Assembly (NCBI GenBank): GCA_963814585.1
Contig: CAWFDF010000014.1
Span: 352,001 to 416,000 of the forward strand
DNA: 64,000 nt
Direction of reading: 5' to 3'
Source of the DNA: an uncultured delta proteobacterium
GTDB lineage: Bacteria > Myxococcota > Myxococcia > Myxococcales > Anaeromyxobacteraceae
In this document: positions 30,315 to 41,869 of the stretch, one piece after another
Layout: each line of letters starts with the position of its first letter
Position numbering within the stretch: position 1 is the first letter of the stretch
Notes under the pieces: generated by a model
Seen by the model: only the letters and a program-made list of their open reading frames with translations
The model's database searches: none
Told to the model about the DNA's origin: nothing
Program-made: the position numbers and the translations under genes

Positions 30315-33300
30315 CTACTTCTTGGCGCCCTTCCTGGTGGCCTTCCTCGCGGCCACCTTCTTGACGGCCTTCCTGGGCGCCTTCCGCGTCGCCTTCCGGG
30401 GCGCCTTCCGGGCCAGCCTCTTCCCGGCCTTCTTGACCGCCTTCCTGGCGCCGGCCACGCCCTTCTTGACCGCCTTCCTGGCGTCGGCCACGCCCTTCCT
30501 GGCCCCGGCCACGGCCTTCTTCACGGCCCGCTGCGCCTTCTTGATGGTCGGCGCCGCCTTCTTCTCCAGCTGGTCCGCCTGGGCCTGGACGGCGTGGACG
30601 GCCTCCTTGGCGGCCTCGACCACCGCGGCGGCGGCGTGCTCCATCTTCTCGGTGACGGGCTGCGACGGGGGGGACTGGTTCGGGGTGTTGGTCTCCATGG
30701 TCTTCTCCTCCAGCGGTTGTCCCGCGCCGGTCATGACGGCGCGGTGGTTGATCAGCTTCTGCCTCGTCGACCGCAGCTCACCTGCGCGGGCGCGATCCTT
30801 CTCGACCACCTCCGCCGGCGCGCGCGCGACGAAGTTGGGGTTCGACAGCTTCTTCTCGATCCCGTCCAGGTCGGCGTCGATCCTGGCCAGCTCCTTGTCG
30901 ATGCGCGCCGTCTCGGCGGCCACGTCGATGACCCCGGCGAGCGGGACCCGGACCTCGAAGCCGCTCCCGACGCCGACGGCCGATTGTGGCACGCGGGGGG
31001 TGGCGGCGGCGAGGTGGAGTTGCAGGTGCTCCACGTTGGTGAGCCGCGCGACCCGTCGGGACTCCCCCGCGCGCAGCAGGGCGTGGGTGGCCGCGTCGGC
31101 CACGGAGACGTGGACCGGAGCGGTCTGGCCGAGCGCCACCTTGAAGGGGATGCTCATCTCGCCACGGATGTTCCTGAGGGCCTCGATGATCCCGAGGATG
31201 GGCGTGAAGGCCTGCTCGGCCGCCTCGTCGACCGGGCCCACGGCCGGGTAGCGTCCCTCCATGATGGAGTCGGGCCAGCCGGTGGCGCCCACGCGGGTCC
31301 TCAGCACGCCCCAGAGCTCCTCGGTGATGAAGGGCATGAAGGGATGGAGCAGCAGGTAGCTGGACTTGAGGCAATGGACCAGCACGGCCTGCGACCCCGC
31401 CTTCTTGGCGGCGTCATCGCCGTAGAGCGCTTCCTTGGCCAGCTCGATGTACCAGTCGCACAGCTCGTGCCAGACGAAGTGGTAGACGGTGTTGGCGGCG
31501 TCGTTGAAGCGGAAGGCCTCCAGCGCCTCGACCGTCTCGTTCACCGACCGCTGCAGCCGGGCCAGGATCCAGCGGTCGGCCGGGGTCTGCGCCGCCTGGC
31601 CGGCGTCCCCCCCCCGGTCGACGTGCCCGTCGAGGTTCATGAGCGCAAAGCGCGAGGCGTTCCAGAGCTTGTTGGCGAAGGAGCGGTACCCCTCGATCCG
31701 CTCGTCGGCCAGCTTGATGTCGCGGCCCTGGGCGGTGAGCGCCGCCAGCGTGAAGCGCAGGGCGTCGGCGCCGTGCTTCTCGGTCACCAGGAGGGGATCG
31801 ATGACGTTCCCCCTGGTCTTGGACATCTTCTGGCCCCTGGAGTCGCGGACCATGGGATGCAGGTAGACGGTCTTGAACGGGACCTCGCCCATGAAGTGGA
31901 TGCCCATCATCATCATCCGGGCCACCCAGAAGAAGATGATGTCGTGGCCGGTCTCCATGACCGAGGTCGGGTAGAAGGTCTTGAGCGTCTCGGTCCGCTC
32001 CGGCCAGCCCATGGTGGAGAAGGGCCACAGGGCGGAGGAGAACCAGGTGTCGAGCACGTCCTCGTCCTGCCGGAGCGTGACGCTGCCGCAGGTCGAGCAG
32101 GCCCCGGGCGTCTCGCGAGCCACCGAGACGTGGCCGTCCGGGCAGTACCAGGCCGGGATCTGGTGGCCCCACCAGAGCTGGCGGCTGATGCACCAGTCGT
32201 GGATGTTGCGCATCCAGGCCATGTAGGTGTTGGTCCACGGCTCGGGGATGAACCTCGTCCTCCCCTGCTCCACCGCCTCGATGGCCGGCTGCGCCAGCGG
32301 CCCGATCCTGACGTACCACTGGTCGGAGAGGAGCGGCTCCAGCACGGTCTGGGAGCGCTGGCAGCGGCCCAGCGCCATGGGGTTCGGCCTCGAGCCGCGC
32401 TCCAGTCCCATCTCGGCGAGCAGGCGCTTCACCTCCTTGCGCGCCTCGAACCGTTCCAGGCCGGCCACCGGCCCGGCCGCGGCGGTCATCCTGCCGTCGA
32501 AGCCGATGACGGTGAGGAACTCGAGGCCGTGGCGGCGGCCCACCTCGAAGTCGTTGAAGTCATGGGCCGGCGTCACCTTGACCGCGCCGGTGCCGAACTT
32601 CGGATCGACGAGGATGGCGTCGGCGACGATGGGGATCTCGCGGCCGGTGAGCGGGTGGCGGACCCGCCGTCCGAGGAGCGCGGCGTAGCGCTCGTCGTCC
32701 GGGTGGACGGCGATGGCGGTGTCGCCGAGCATGGTCTCGGGCCGGGTGGTGGCCACCACGATCTCGGCGACGCCGCCGGCCGGCGTGGCCAGCGGGTAGG
32801 CGAAGCTCCAGAGCTCTCCCGGGTGCCCCTCCTCGTGCTCCACCTCGAGGTCGGAGAGCGCGGTGCGGCAGTCGGGGCACCAGTTGATGAGCTTCTTCTC
32901 GCGGTAGATCAGCCCCTCCTCGTGGAGGCGCACGAAGACCTCGCGCACCGCCCGGGAGAGACCCTCGTCCATGGTGAAGCGCTCCCGCTCCCAGTCGAGG
33001 CAGGCGCCCAGCGCCTCGTGCTGCTGGCCGATCCGCGAGCCGTACTGCTCCTTCCAGGCCCAGACCCGCTCGAGGAACGCCGCGCGGCCGAGGTCGTGAC
33101 GGCTCTTCTTCTCGGTCTTCTTCAGCTCCTTCTCCACCACCATCTGGGTGGCGATGCCGGCGTGGTCGGTGCCGGGGAGCCACATGGTGTTGAAGCCGGA
33201 GAGCCTCTTCCAGCGGATCAGCACGTCCTGCAGCGTGGCCGTGAGGGCGTGGCCGAGGTGGAGCGACCCGGTGACGTTGGGCGGCGGCAGCACGATGGAG

Positions 33301-33449
33301 AAGGCCGGCCGGGTCCGATCGTGCTCGTCGCCGTGGAAGTAGCCGCGCTCCTTCCAGCGCCGGTACCAGCGCGCCTCGACCTCCCGGTGCTCGTATCCCT
33401 TGGCCAGCTCGCCATGGCGCGGCTGCTGCGACTCGCTCTGCTGTTCCAC
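30315..33449 (-). CDS. valS: Valine--tRNA ligase with a histone-H1-like Lys/Ala-rich C-terminal extension
   Basis: PPPNVTGSLHLGH, GTDHAGIATQ, DWCISRQLWWGH, KMSKT, C-terminal coiled coil; GGAG precedes GTG 33449. Confidence 0.96.
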   Translation of the reverse strand: MEQQSESQQPRHGELAKGYEHREVEARWYRRWKERGYFHGDEHDRTRPAFSIVLPPPNVTGSLHLGHALTATLQDVLIRWKRLSGFNTMWLPGTDHAGIATQMVVEKELKKTEKKSRHDLGRAAFLERVWAWKEQYGSRIGQQHEALGACLDWERERFTMDEGLSRAVREVFVRLHEEGLIYREKKLINWCPDCRTALSDLEVEHEEGHPGELWSFAYPLATPAGGVAEIVVATTRPETMLGDTAIAVHPDDERYAALLGRRVRHPLTGREIPIVADAILVDPKFGTGAVKVTPAHDFNDFEVGRRHGLEFLTVIGFDGRMTAAAGPVAGLERFEARKEVKRLLAEMGLERGSRPNPMALGRCQRSQTVLEPLLSDQWYVRIGPLAQPAIEAVEQGRTRFIPEPWTNTYMAWMRNIHDWCISRQLWWGHQIPAWYCPDGHVSVARETPGACSTCGSVTLRQDEDVLDTWFSSALWPFSTMGWPERTETLKTFYPTSVMETGHDIIFFWVARMMMMGIHFMGEVPFKTVYLHPMVRDSRGQKMSKTRGNVIDPLLVTEKHGADALRFTLAALTAQGRDIKLADERIEGYRSFANKLWNASRFALMNLDGHVDRGGDAGQAAQTPADRWILARLQRSVNETVEALEAFRFNDAANTVYHFVWHELCDWYIELAKEALYGDDAAKKAGSQAVLVHCLKSSYLLLHPFMPFITEELWGVLRTRVGATGWPDSIMEGRYPAVGPVDEAAEQAFTPILGIIEALRNIRGEMSIPFKVALGQTAPVHVSVADAATHALLRAGESRRVARLTNVEHLQLHLAAATPRVPQSAVGVGSGFEVRVPLAGVIDVAAETARIDKELARIDADLDGIEKKLSNPNFVARAPAEVVEKDRARAGELRSTRQKLINHRAVMTGAGQPLEEKTMETNTPNQSPPSQPVTEKMEHAAAAVVEAAKEAVHAVQAQADQLEKKAAPTIKKAQRAVKKAVAGARKGVADARKAVKKGVAGARKAVKKAGKRLARKAPRKATRKAPRKAVKKVAARKATRKGAKK

Positions 33450-33532
33450 GTCTGCTCCTGGCGCCACGGGCGCCGGCCCCCGCGGTGAGCGGGGGCCGGG
33501 GTGGCGCGGGTTGGTTCGGGCCATCGGCCCGG

Positions 33533-35143
33533 CTAGCCCTGGCGAGCCCTGGTGAGCCGATCGAGGTTCTCGCGGATGATGGTCTCGGCGAGCTGGGGGA
33601 CCACTTCCCATACCACCCGCTCGATCACGTCGCGCGACGCCCTGGAGAGCGCCTCGCGCAGCGCGGCCTCCCCGCCATCCGCCGGCGTCGCCTGGCCGGC
33701 GGTGATGCCGGGCCCGCCCCGCGGCACCGTCGCGGCCGGCTGGTGGCCGGTGGTCGCCGGCGGCGGGACGAACTCGTGCATGGGCGCCAGCGCCGGCGGC
33801 TCGCCCGGCTCCTCGGCCGGAAGCTCGATCGGCTCGAACCCTCCGGCGGCGGGCTGCAGCTCGTAGGCCCCCTCGGGCTCCAGAGTGGGCTGCGGACGGG
33901 CCGGCGACGGGGCGACGACGGCCCGTGCCGTCGGCGGCGGGGCTTGCGGGGGTGGGGCGGGCGGGGGCACGGCGGCCACCGCCCGTGGCGGCGCGGCCGC
34001 CACCGGGGTGCGCGCGGCGGACGGCTCCGACGGCGCGACCTGGACATCGCTCCAGTCGTCCTCGGCTGCGGTCAGGGGCGGCGGCGCCGCCGGCGGGGAC
34101 CGGGGTGTGGCCACCTCGAAGCCAAAGGGGTCGAGCCTCGCGGCCGGGTGGGCCGGAGCGGGCGGCGTGACGGGGCTGGGCGGCGGGACCGCCGGCCGCG
34201 GCGCGGCGACGGCAGGCGGCGCCACCGGCCGCGCTGCCGGCGGCATCGGAGCGGCTGGCGACGGACGAGCCGCAGGAGCCGGCACGGCGCCTGGCGGCGG
34301 GCGAGCCCCTGGCGGCGGAGCGGCACCCGCCGGAGGGCGCGCGGCGGGCGGTGGGAAGGCGCCAGCGGGCGGGCGAGCGCCCGGGGGCGGCATCGCGCCA
34401 GGCGGAGGGCGGGCGCCCGGTGGCGGCACCGCGCCGGGAGGCGGCCGGGCTCCCGCTGGCGGCACGGCGCCGAGAGGCGGGCGGGCTCCCGGGGGGGGCA
34501 CGGCTCCCGGGGGGGGCAGCGCTCCAGGGGAAGGACGGGCACCAGGGGGAACCGCCCCGGGAGGTGGACGGGCACCGGCCGGTGGTGGCGACCAGGCCGG
34601 CCGAGCCGGGGCCTGCGCCGCAGCGGGCGCAGGAGCAACAGGCGGCGTGAAGGGCCGGGGAGCGGCCGCCGCCGGCGCCGGGACCTGGGCGGGGACCGGG
34701 GGCTGGACCAGGGCCGGCGTGGACACCGGGGTACCGAACGCGAGAGGCGTGGCCCCCGGCGCGGTCACCGGGGCCCTTCCCTCCACCAGCTCGCGGACCT
34801 TGTTGATGAGCGCCTGGCTCTCGAAGGGCTTCTGGACGAAGGCGTCGGCCCCGACCGCCTTGGCGCGCGCCTCGTCGAAGGGCTCGAAGGTGCCGGCCAG
34901 GAGGATGATCGGGACGCCCGCGAGGGCCGGGTCGGCCTTGAGCGCCTCGCAAGCCTCGTAGCCGTTCTTCTTCGGCATCGAAGGGTCGAGCAGGATGACG
35001 TCGGGCCGGGAGGCCTTCGCCTTCGCCACCGCGTCATCGCCGTTGTTGACGACGCTGACGGCGTAGTCCTCGTTGGCGAACGTGATGGCCACCATCTTCT
35101 GGATGGTGACCGAGTCGTCCGCGAGGAGCAGGTTCTTGGGCAT
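33533..35143 (-). CDS. romR: RomR polarity response regulator (receiver, Pro-rich linker, conserved C-terminal helix)
   Basis: MPKNLLLADDSVTIQK receiver; PPPGA repeats; GGEAALREALSRASRDVIERVVWEVVPQLAETIIRE; adjacent to valS. Confidence 0.88.
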   Translation of the reverse strand: MPKNLLLADDSVTIQKMVAITFANEDYAVSVVNNGDDAVAKAKASRPDVILLDPSMPKKNGYEACEALKADPALAGVPIILLAGTFEPFDEARAKAVGADAFVQKPFESQALINKVRELVEGRAPVTAPGATPLAFGTPVSTPALVQPPVPAQVPAPAAAAPRPFTPPVAPAPAAAQAPARPAWSPPPAGARPPPGAVPPGARPSPGALPPPGAVPPPGARPPLGAVPPAGARPPPGAVPPPGARPPPGAMPPPGARPPAGAFPPPAARPPAGAAPPPGARPPPGAVPAPAARPSPAAPMPPAARPVAPPAVAAPRPAVPPPSPVTPPAPAHPAARLDPFGFEVATPRSPPAAPPPLTAAEDDWSDVQVAPSEPSAARTPVAAAPPRAVAAVPPPAPPPQAPPPTARAVVAPSPARPQPTLEPEGAYELQPAAGGFEPIELPAEEPGEPPALAPMHEFVPPPATTGHQPAATVPRGGPGITAGQATPADGGEAALREALSRASRDVIERVVWEVVPQLAETIIRENLDRLTRARQG

Positions 35144-35242
35144 GGAGGGTCCCGAAGGTGGTGAACGTGCAGTCCCTGGAGTACCGCTGCGCTCTCCCGA
35201 GTGTCAAGATTTCCGGGCTCTTACGGGCCTCCGGGCGCCTGA

Positions 35243-36025
35243 TTATCGGCCTCCGAACAGGGTGTCCCACGGAGGCCGCAGCACGTCGTCGCCGTCGCGG
35301 CCGTCGCCGAGCCCGTGCACCTGGTCCGCCGCCACGCCGATGGCGGCCCCGCCAGCGTCGAGCAGCAGCACCTGCGGGGGCCTGGGTGACGGCGCCAGGC
35401 CGAAGAAGACACCCACGTCGATGACCGGGTGGATGGATCGCCCGTGGTAGAGCAGCCCTCGGTGTGAAGGCGGGGCCAGCGGCACCGTCGCCAGCGACGG
35501 GGCGTCGCGCACCGCCACCACCAGCGACACCGGGACGCCAAAGGTCATGTGACCGCGCGTGAACAGAAGCTCCCGCTCGGGCCACGGCCCGAGCGAGAGC
35601 GGCGGCTCCCCCGGATCCTCGGCCGGCGCCAGCGGGGCGAAGCCGAGCGAGGAGACCGCCAGCTCCAGGGCCACCTCCCCCTTCACCACCAGCGCGCCGG
35701 CGAACGGCGACGGCGGAGGCACCAGGGTGTGGGCCGGCAGCTGGAAGACCTCGGCGTCGGCGAGGTCGACGATGCCATGGAGCGCCTCGACCCGCAGCGC
35801 CGTCTGGGGCGTGTCCTGGGTGACCAGCGCGTAGCGCGCCAGCCCGGCCGGCAGGCCCAGCACGGTGGAGACCCACGCGGTCGGCACCGGCTCGCCCCGC
35901 GCCATCACCTCCTCCTCCCCGGGCTGCAGCTCGCGGATCTCCAGCAGCTGGGCCAGCCGCAGGGCCAGCCTGACCCCACCGGCCGAGAACAGCAGCGCCT
36001 TCCGCTCCGAGGGGAGAGAGCTCAC
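35243..36025 (-). CDS. Tandem CheW-like domain protein
   Basis: Two CheW-like halves (LFSAGGVRLAL...; VPLAPPSHRGLLYHGRSIHPVID...IGVAADQV). Confidence 0.75.
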   Translation of the reverse strand: MSSLPSERKALLFSAGGVRLALRLAQLLEIRELQPGEEEVMARGEPVPTAWVSTVLGLPAGLARYALVTQDTPQTALRVEALHGIVDLADAEVFQLPAHTLVPPPSPFAGALVVKGEVALELAVSSLGFAPLAPAEDPGEPPLSLGPWPERELLFTRGHMTFGVPVSLVVAVRDAPSLATVPLAPPSHRGLLYHGRSIHPVIDVGVFFGLAPSPRPPQVLLLDAGGAAIGVAADQVHGLGDGRDGDDVLRPPWDTLFGGR

Positions 36026-36049
36026 CGGGCCATGATATCCTGCCTCCCG
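36026..36049. promoter_or_regulatory. Overlapping divergent -10 elements for two leaderless genes
   Basis: Plus strand TATCCT lies 8 nt before GTG 36050; minus strand TATCAT lies 6 nt before GTG 36025. Confidence 0.55.
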
Positions 36050-37399
36050 GTGGCCCACTCGGTCCTGCTGGTCGATGACGAGCGCTTCGCTCGAACCGTC
36101 TACTCGGACTACCTCCGGGTCGCCAGCTTCGACGTCGAGGTGGCCGCCGACGCCGAGGCCGCCCTCGCCATCCTGCAGGGTCGCCGGTTCGACGTGCTGG
36201 TGGCGGACGTGATGCTCCCCGGCTCGTCCGGCCTCGACCTGCTCAGCGCCGCCAAGCAGCTCGATCCCCACCTCGAGGTGGTGATGATCACCGCGCTCGA
36301 CAAGGTCGACCCGGCGGTGCGGGCCATGAAGTCGGGCGCCTCGGACTACCTGGTCAAGCCGGTCACGCCCGAGGCCCTGCAGCACGCCGTCCACCGCAGC
36401 CTCGCCACCCGCGCCTTGCTGTCCGAGAACAAGGCGCTGCGCGCCCACCTGAAGCTCTTCGAGATCTGCCAGCGGCTCTCGGCCACGCTGGACCGCGACC
36501 GGCTGGTCCCCATGGGGCTGGCCGCGGTGGCGGTCACCAGCGCCGCGCCCTCGGCGCTCCTGGCCGAGGCCGCGGCGGACGGCAGCTGGCGCCTCGCCGG
36601 CGCCCACGGGCTCGAGGACCAGGCGGCGGCCAGGCTCCTCGAGGCAGCGCGCGGCCACCTCGCCGGGATCACTGGCGGCGAGCCGCGCTTCCTCGAGCTG
36701 GGGGCCGAGGCCGAGGCTCCCCTCACCTGGTGCCTGCCGCTCGTCGACGACGCCGGGGTGGTGGGGCTGGCGCTGGCCTTCCCCGGAGAGGCGCCCAGCG
36801 AGGAGACCCGCGAGAGCGCCGCCTTCCTGTCCCGCCACTTCGCGCTGGCGCTGCGCAACCTCGGCCGGCTCAAGCAGGTGGAGCACCTCGCCTACATCGA
36901 CGACCTCACCCACCTCTACAACACCCGCTACCTCGACGTGGTGCTGGATCGCGAGCTGGCCAGCGGTCGACCGTTCACGCTCCTCTTCCTCGACCTCGAC
37001 CGCTTCAAGGACGTCAACGATCAGCACGGCCACCTCTCCGGGTCACGCCTGCTGGTCGAGGTGTCCCGCGTGCTCAGGGCCTGCGTGCGCGACGAGGACG
37101 TCCTGTTCCGCTTCGGTGGCGACGAGTACGTGACGGTCCTGACCGGCATCGATTCGGGCGTCGGCCTCAAGGTCGCCGAGCGGGTGCGCCGCGCCATCGA
37201 GGACCGCCGCTTTCTCTCCCGCGAGGGGACCCCGGTGCACATCACCGCCTCGATCGGCCTGGCCTCCTTCCCGGAGCACGCCAGCGGCAAGACCGAGCTC
37301 ATCGACCTCGCCGACCGGGCCATGTACCGGGGCAAGCGGACCACGCGCAACGTGGTCTACATCGCCTCCCACGACCTGCCGCCGGTCCAGGACCGGTAG
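36050..37399 (+). CDS. Receiver-GGDEF protein with Hypr signature (putative 3',3'-cGAMP synthase, GacA-like)
   Basis: Receiver (VADVMLP), [31 protein letters not shown]-site, RFGGDEY. Confidence 0.85.
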   Translation: MAHSVLLVDDERFARTVYSDYLRVASFDVEVAADAEAALAILQGRRFDVLVADVMLPGSSGLDLLSAAKQLDPHLEVVMITALDKVDPAVRAMKSGASDYLVKPVTPEALQHAVHRSLATRALLSENKALRAHLKLFEICQRLSATLDRDRLVPMGLAAVAVTSAAPSALLAEAAADGSWRLAGAHGLEDQAAARLLEAARGHLAGITGGEPRFLELGAEAEAPLTWCLPLVDDAGVVGLALAFPGEAPSEETRESAAFLSRHFALALRNLGRLKQVEHLAYIDDLTHLYNTRYLDVVLDRELASGRPFTLLFLDLDRFKDVNDQHGHLSGSRLLVEVSRVLRACVRDEDVLFRFGGDEYVTVLTGIDSGVGLKVAERVRRAIEDRRFLSREGTPVHITASIGLASFPEHASGKTELIDLADRAMYRGKRTTRNVVYIASHDLPPVQDR

Positions 37400-37417
37400 C
37401 CGGGGAGCGCCCACGTC

Positions 37418-38254
37418 GTGACCGACCTGCCCGGCGATGCCGATCCCCGCTTCGACGCCGCCGCCGCGGCGTTGCAGGCCGGCGATCCCGATCGGGCGCT
37501 CGTGCTGGCCCGCCAGGGGGCGAGGCAGGCGCGGCGCCAGGGAGACGATCTGCTGGCCGCCGACCTGCGGTGGCTGGAGGGGGCCGCGCTCCTGGACCTG
37601 GAGGACGCCACCGCGGCGCTGGCGGCGCTCGACGAGGCCTTGCGGCTGGCCCCGGACCACCTCGACGCCCTGCTCGAGCGGGCCGAGGCGCTCTTCGAGC
37701 TCTGCCGCTTCGACGCCGCGCTGGCCTCGGCCCAGGCCGTCGCCGAGGCGGAGCCCGACGAGCCCCGCGCCCAGCAGCTGCTGGGCCTGCTGGCGGAGCG
37801 GCGCGGCGATGCCCGTGAGGCCGAGCGCGCCTTCGCCCGGGCCAGGAAGCTCGACCCCGAGGCCTACCCGAGGGCGCACTCCCTCTCGCGCCGCGACTTC
37901 GACGCCGCCGTGGAGCGGGCCCTCCAGGACATTCCCGAGACGGTGCGCCGCTACCTCGCCAACGTCCCCATCACGGTCGAGGACGTCCCGGCCGACCACG
38001 ACCTGCTCGACTCCGACCCGCCCCTCCCCCCGACCATCCTCGGGCTCTTCCGCGGCGCGCCCTACGGGCAGAAGCTCTCGTCCGATCCGTGGAGCCACCT
38101 CCCTTCCTCCATCGTCCTCTTCCAGCGCAACCTGGAGCGGGCCGCCTCGAGCCGCGCCGAGCTGGAGGAGGAGATCGCCACCACGCTGGTCCACGAGGTC
38201 GGCCACTTCCTCGGCCTCGACGAGGACGAGCTCTGGGCGCGCGGGCTGGACTGA
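37418..38254 (+). CDS. TPR-containing minimal zincin (DUF1025-type) metallopeptidase
   Basis: TPR-like helices; [27 protein letters not shown]. Confidence 0.85.
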   Translation: MTDLPGDADPRFDAAAAALQAGDPDRALVLARQGARQARRQGDDLLAADLRWLEGAALLDLEDATAALAALDEALRLAPDHLDALLERAEALFELCRFDAALASAQAVAEAEPDEPRAQQLLGLLAERRGDAREAERAFARARKLDPEAYPRAHSLSRRDFDAAVERALQDIPETVRRYLANVPITVEDVPADHDLLDSDPPLPPTILGLFRGAPYGQKLSSDPWSHLPSSIVLFQRNLERAASSRAELEEEIATTLVHEVGHFLGLDEDELWARGLD

Positions 38255-38562
38255 GCGTGGCTGCACCGGCGGCATCGATCGAGAGCGGCCGCGGCCGGAC
38301 CGGGCCGGGCCGGAGAGCGGATTCGCCGGGCTGCGCTGGGTCGGCCCGGGGAGCGGACGCGCCGGGCTGCGCTGGGCGGGGGTGAGCATCGCAGCCTCCG
38401 CAGCGCTTGGCCGAGCGGAACCAGCCCTGGCGAGAGGGCGCGCCGCAGGCGCGACGAGCCCCCGCCAGCGCCAGCCCGGTGCGGACGCGGCCAGGGCGGC
38501 GGGGAGCGGACGCGACAGGGTCGGGCTGGCGAGGCCCCGAATCACCGAGATCAGCCGAAAAA

Positions 38563-38591
38563 TTGACCGGTTGTGACCGATATCGCAACCT
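38563..38591 (+). promoter_or_regulatory. Sigma70 promoter for the Clp ATPase gene
   Basis: TTGACC-N17-CAACCT, 9 nt before ATG 38601. Confidence 0.55.
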
Positions 38592-38600
38592 CGCCGGTAC

Positions 38601-41036
<2,436 letters not shown>

Positions 41037-41066
41037 TCCCGCGGGGGCCGGCGCCTGCCGGCACCC

Positions 41067-41258
41067 TCACCCCGCCCGCCTCCCGAGGGCCGCGGCCGCT
41101 ATCCCGGCCACGCCGGCGAGCGCGGTCAACCCGAGGATGAGCCGCCAGTCGTCGGTCCTCGTCGCCAGCCAGAGGCAGGCGAAGACACCGATTGCCGACG
41201 CGTACATCCCGAAGCGTGCGAGGGGGCGAGGCCTCGTCACCTGGGGATCCGGTTCCAT
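41067..41258 (-). CDS. Small two-TM hypothetical protein
   Basis: 63 aa with two hydrophobic helices, downstream of nadD. Confidence 0.45.
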   Translation of the reverse strand: MEPDPQVTRPRPLARFGMYASAIGVFACLWLATRTDDWRLILGLTALAGVAGIAAAALGRRAG

Positions 41259-41301
41259 ATGCGGCATTTCGCCGCATCCTGCGCCACAACACAAGCGCCC
41301 A

Positions 41302-41868
41302 TCAGGGACGCGACCCGTACAGCCCGCGCTCCCGCAGGTGGGCGAGGACCCGGCGCGGCACCAGCCCGTCCACGGATTCGCCGTGCCCGAGCCGCTCGCG
41401 TATCCCGGTGGAGGAGAGGGCCGGAAGACCCGGCCCCTCTCCGCCCGGGTACCCCTGCCGTCCCACCACCACCACCCGCGCCAGCTCGGTGACCCGGTCC
41501 CAGCGATACCAGTGCGGGGTCTCGGGCAGGATGTCGGCACCCACCAGCAGCGCGAAGCGGCGCTCGGGATGCATCGCCACCAGGTGCTCGAGCGTCCGAG
41601 CGGTCCGTCCGCAGAGCGGATCGTCGCGCAGCGCCTCCTCGGCGGTGCAGACGTGGGCGCCGCGGAGCTCCGCGATGGCCAGCTGGCACATTCGCACCCG
41701 GTCCTGCCAGGGCGCCAGCTCCTTGCCGAACGGGTGGCGCCAGGTGGGGACCAGCCAGACCTCGCGGACGCCTTGCGTCGCCAGCGCCCACCAGGCCGCC
41801 ATCACGTGGGCCACGTGCGGCGGGTTGAAGGAGCCGCCCAGCAGGGCGATCTCGGGTCGGGCGTCCAC
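41302..41868 (-). CDS. nadD: Nicotinate-nucleotide adenylyltransferase
   Basis: LLGGSFNPPHVAH, LLVGAD, W(Y)RW, LSSTGIR; start at GTG 41868 or ATG 41877. Confidence 0.92.
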   Translation of the reverse strand: MDARPEIALLGGSFNPPHVAHVMAAWWALATQGVREVWLVPTWRHPFGKELAPWQDRVRMCQLAIAELRGAHVCTAEEALRDDPLCGRTARTLEHLVAMHPERRFALLVGADILPETPHWYRWDRVTELARVVVVGRQGYPGGEGPGLPALSSTGIRERLGHGESVDGLVPRRVLAHLRERGLYGSRP

Positions 41869-41869
41869 G

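Noticed and set aside
34290..34580. GC-rich tandem repeats
   Set aside because: Coding PPPGA(R/V) linker repeats typical of RomR.
33450..34952. N-terminal extension of valS in the ORF track
   Set aside because: Alternative frame of romR; a good SD plus GTG lies at 33449.
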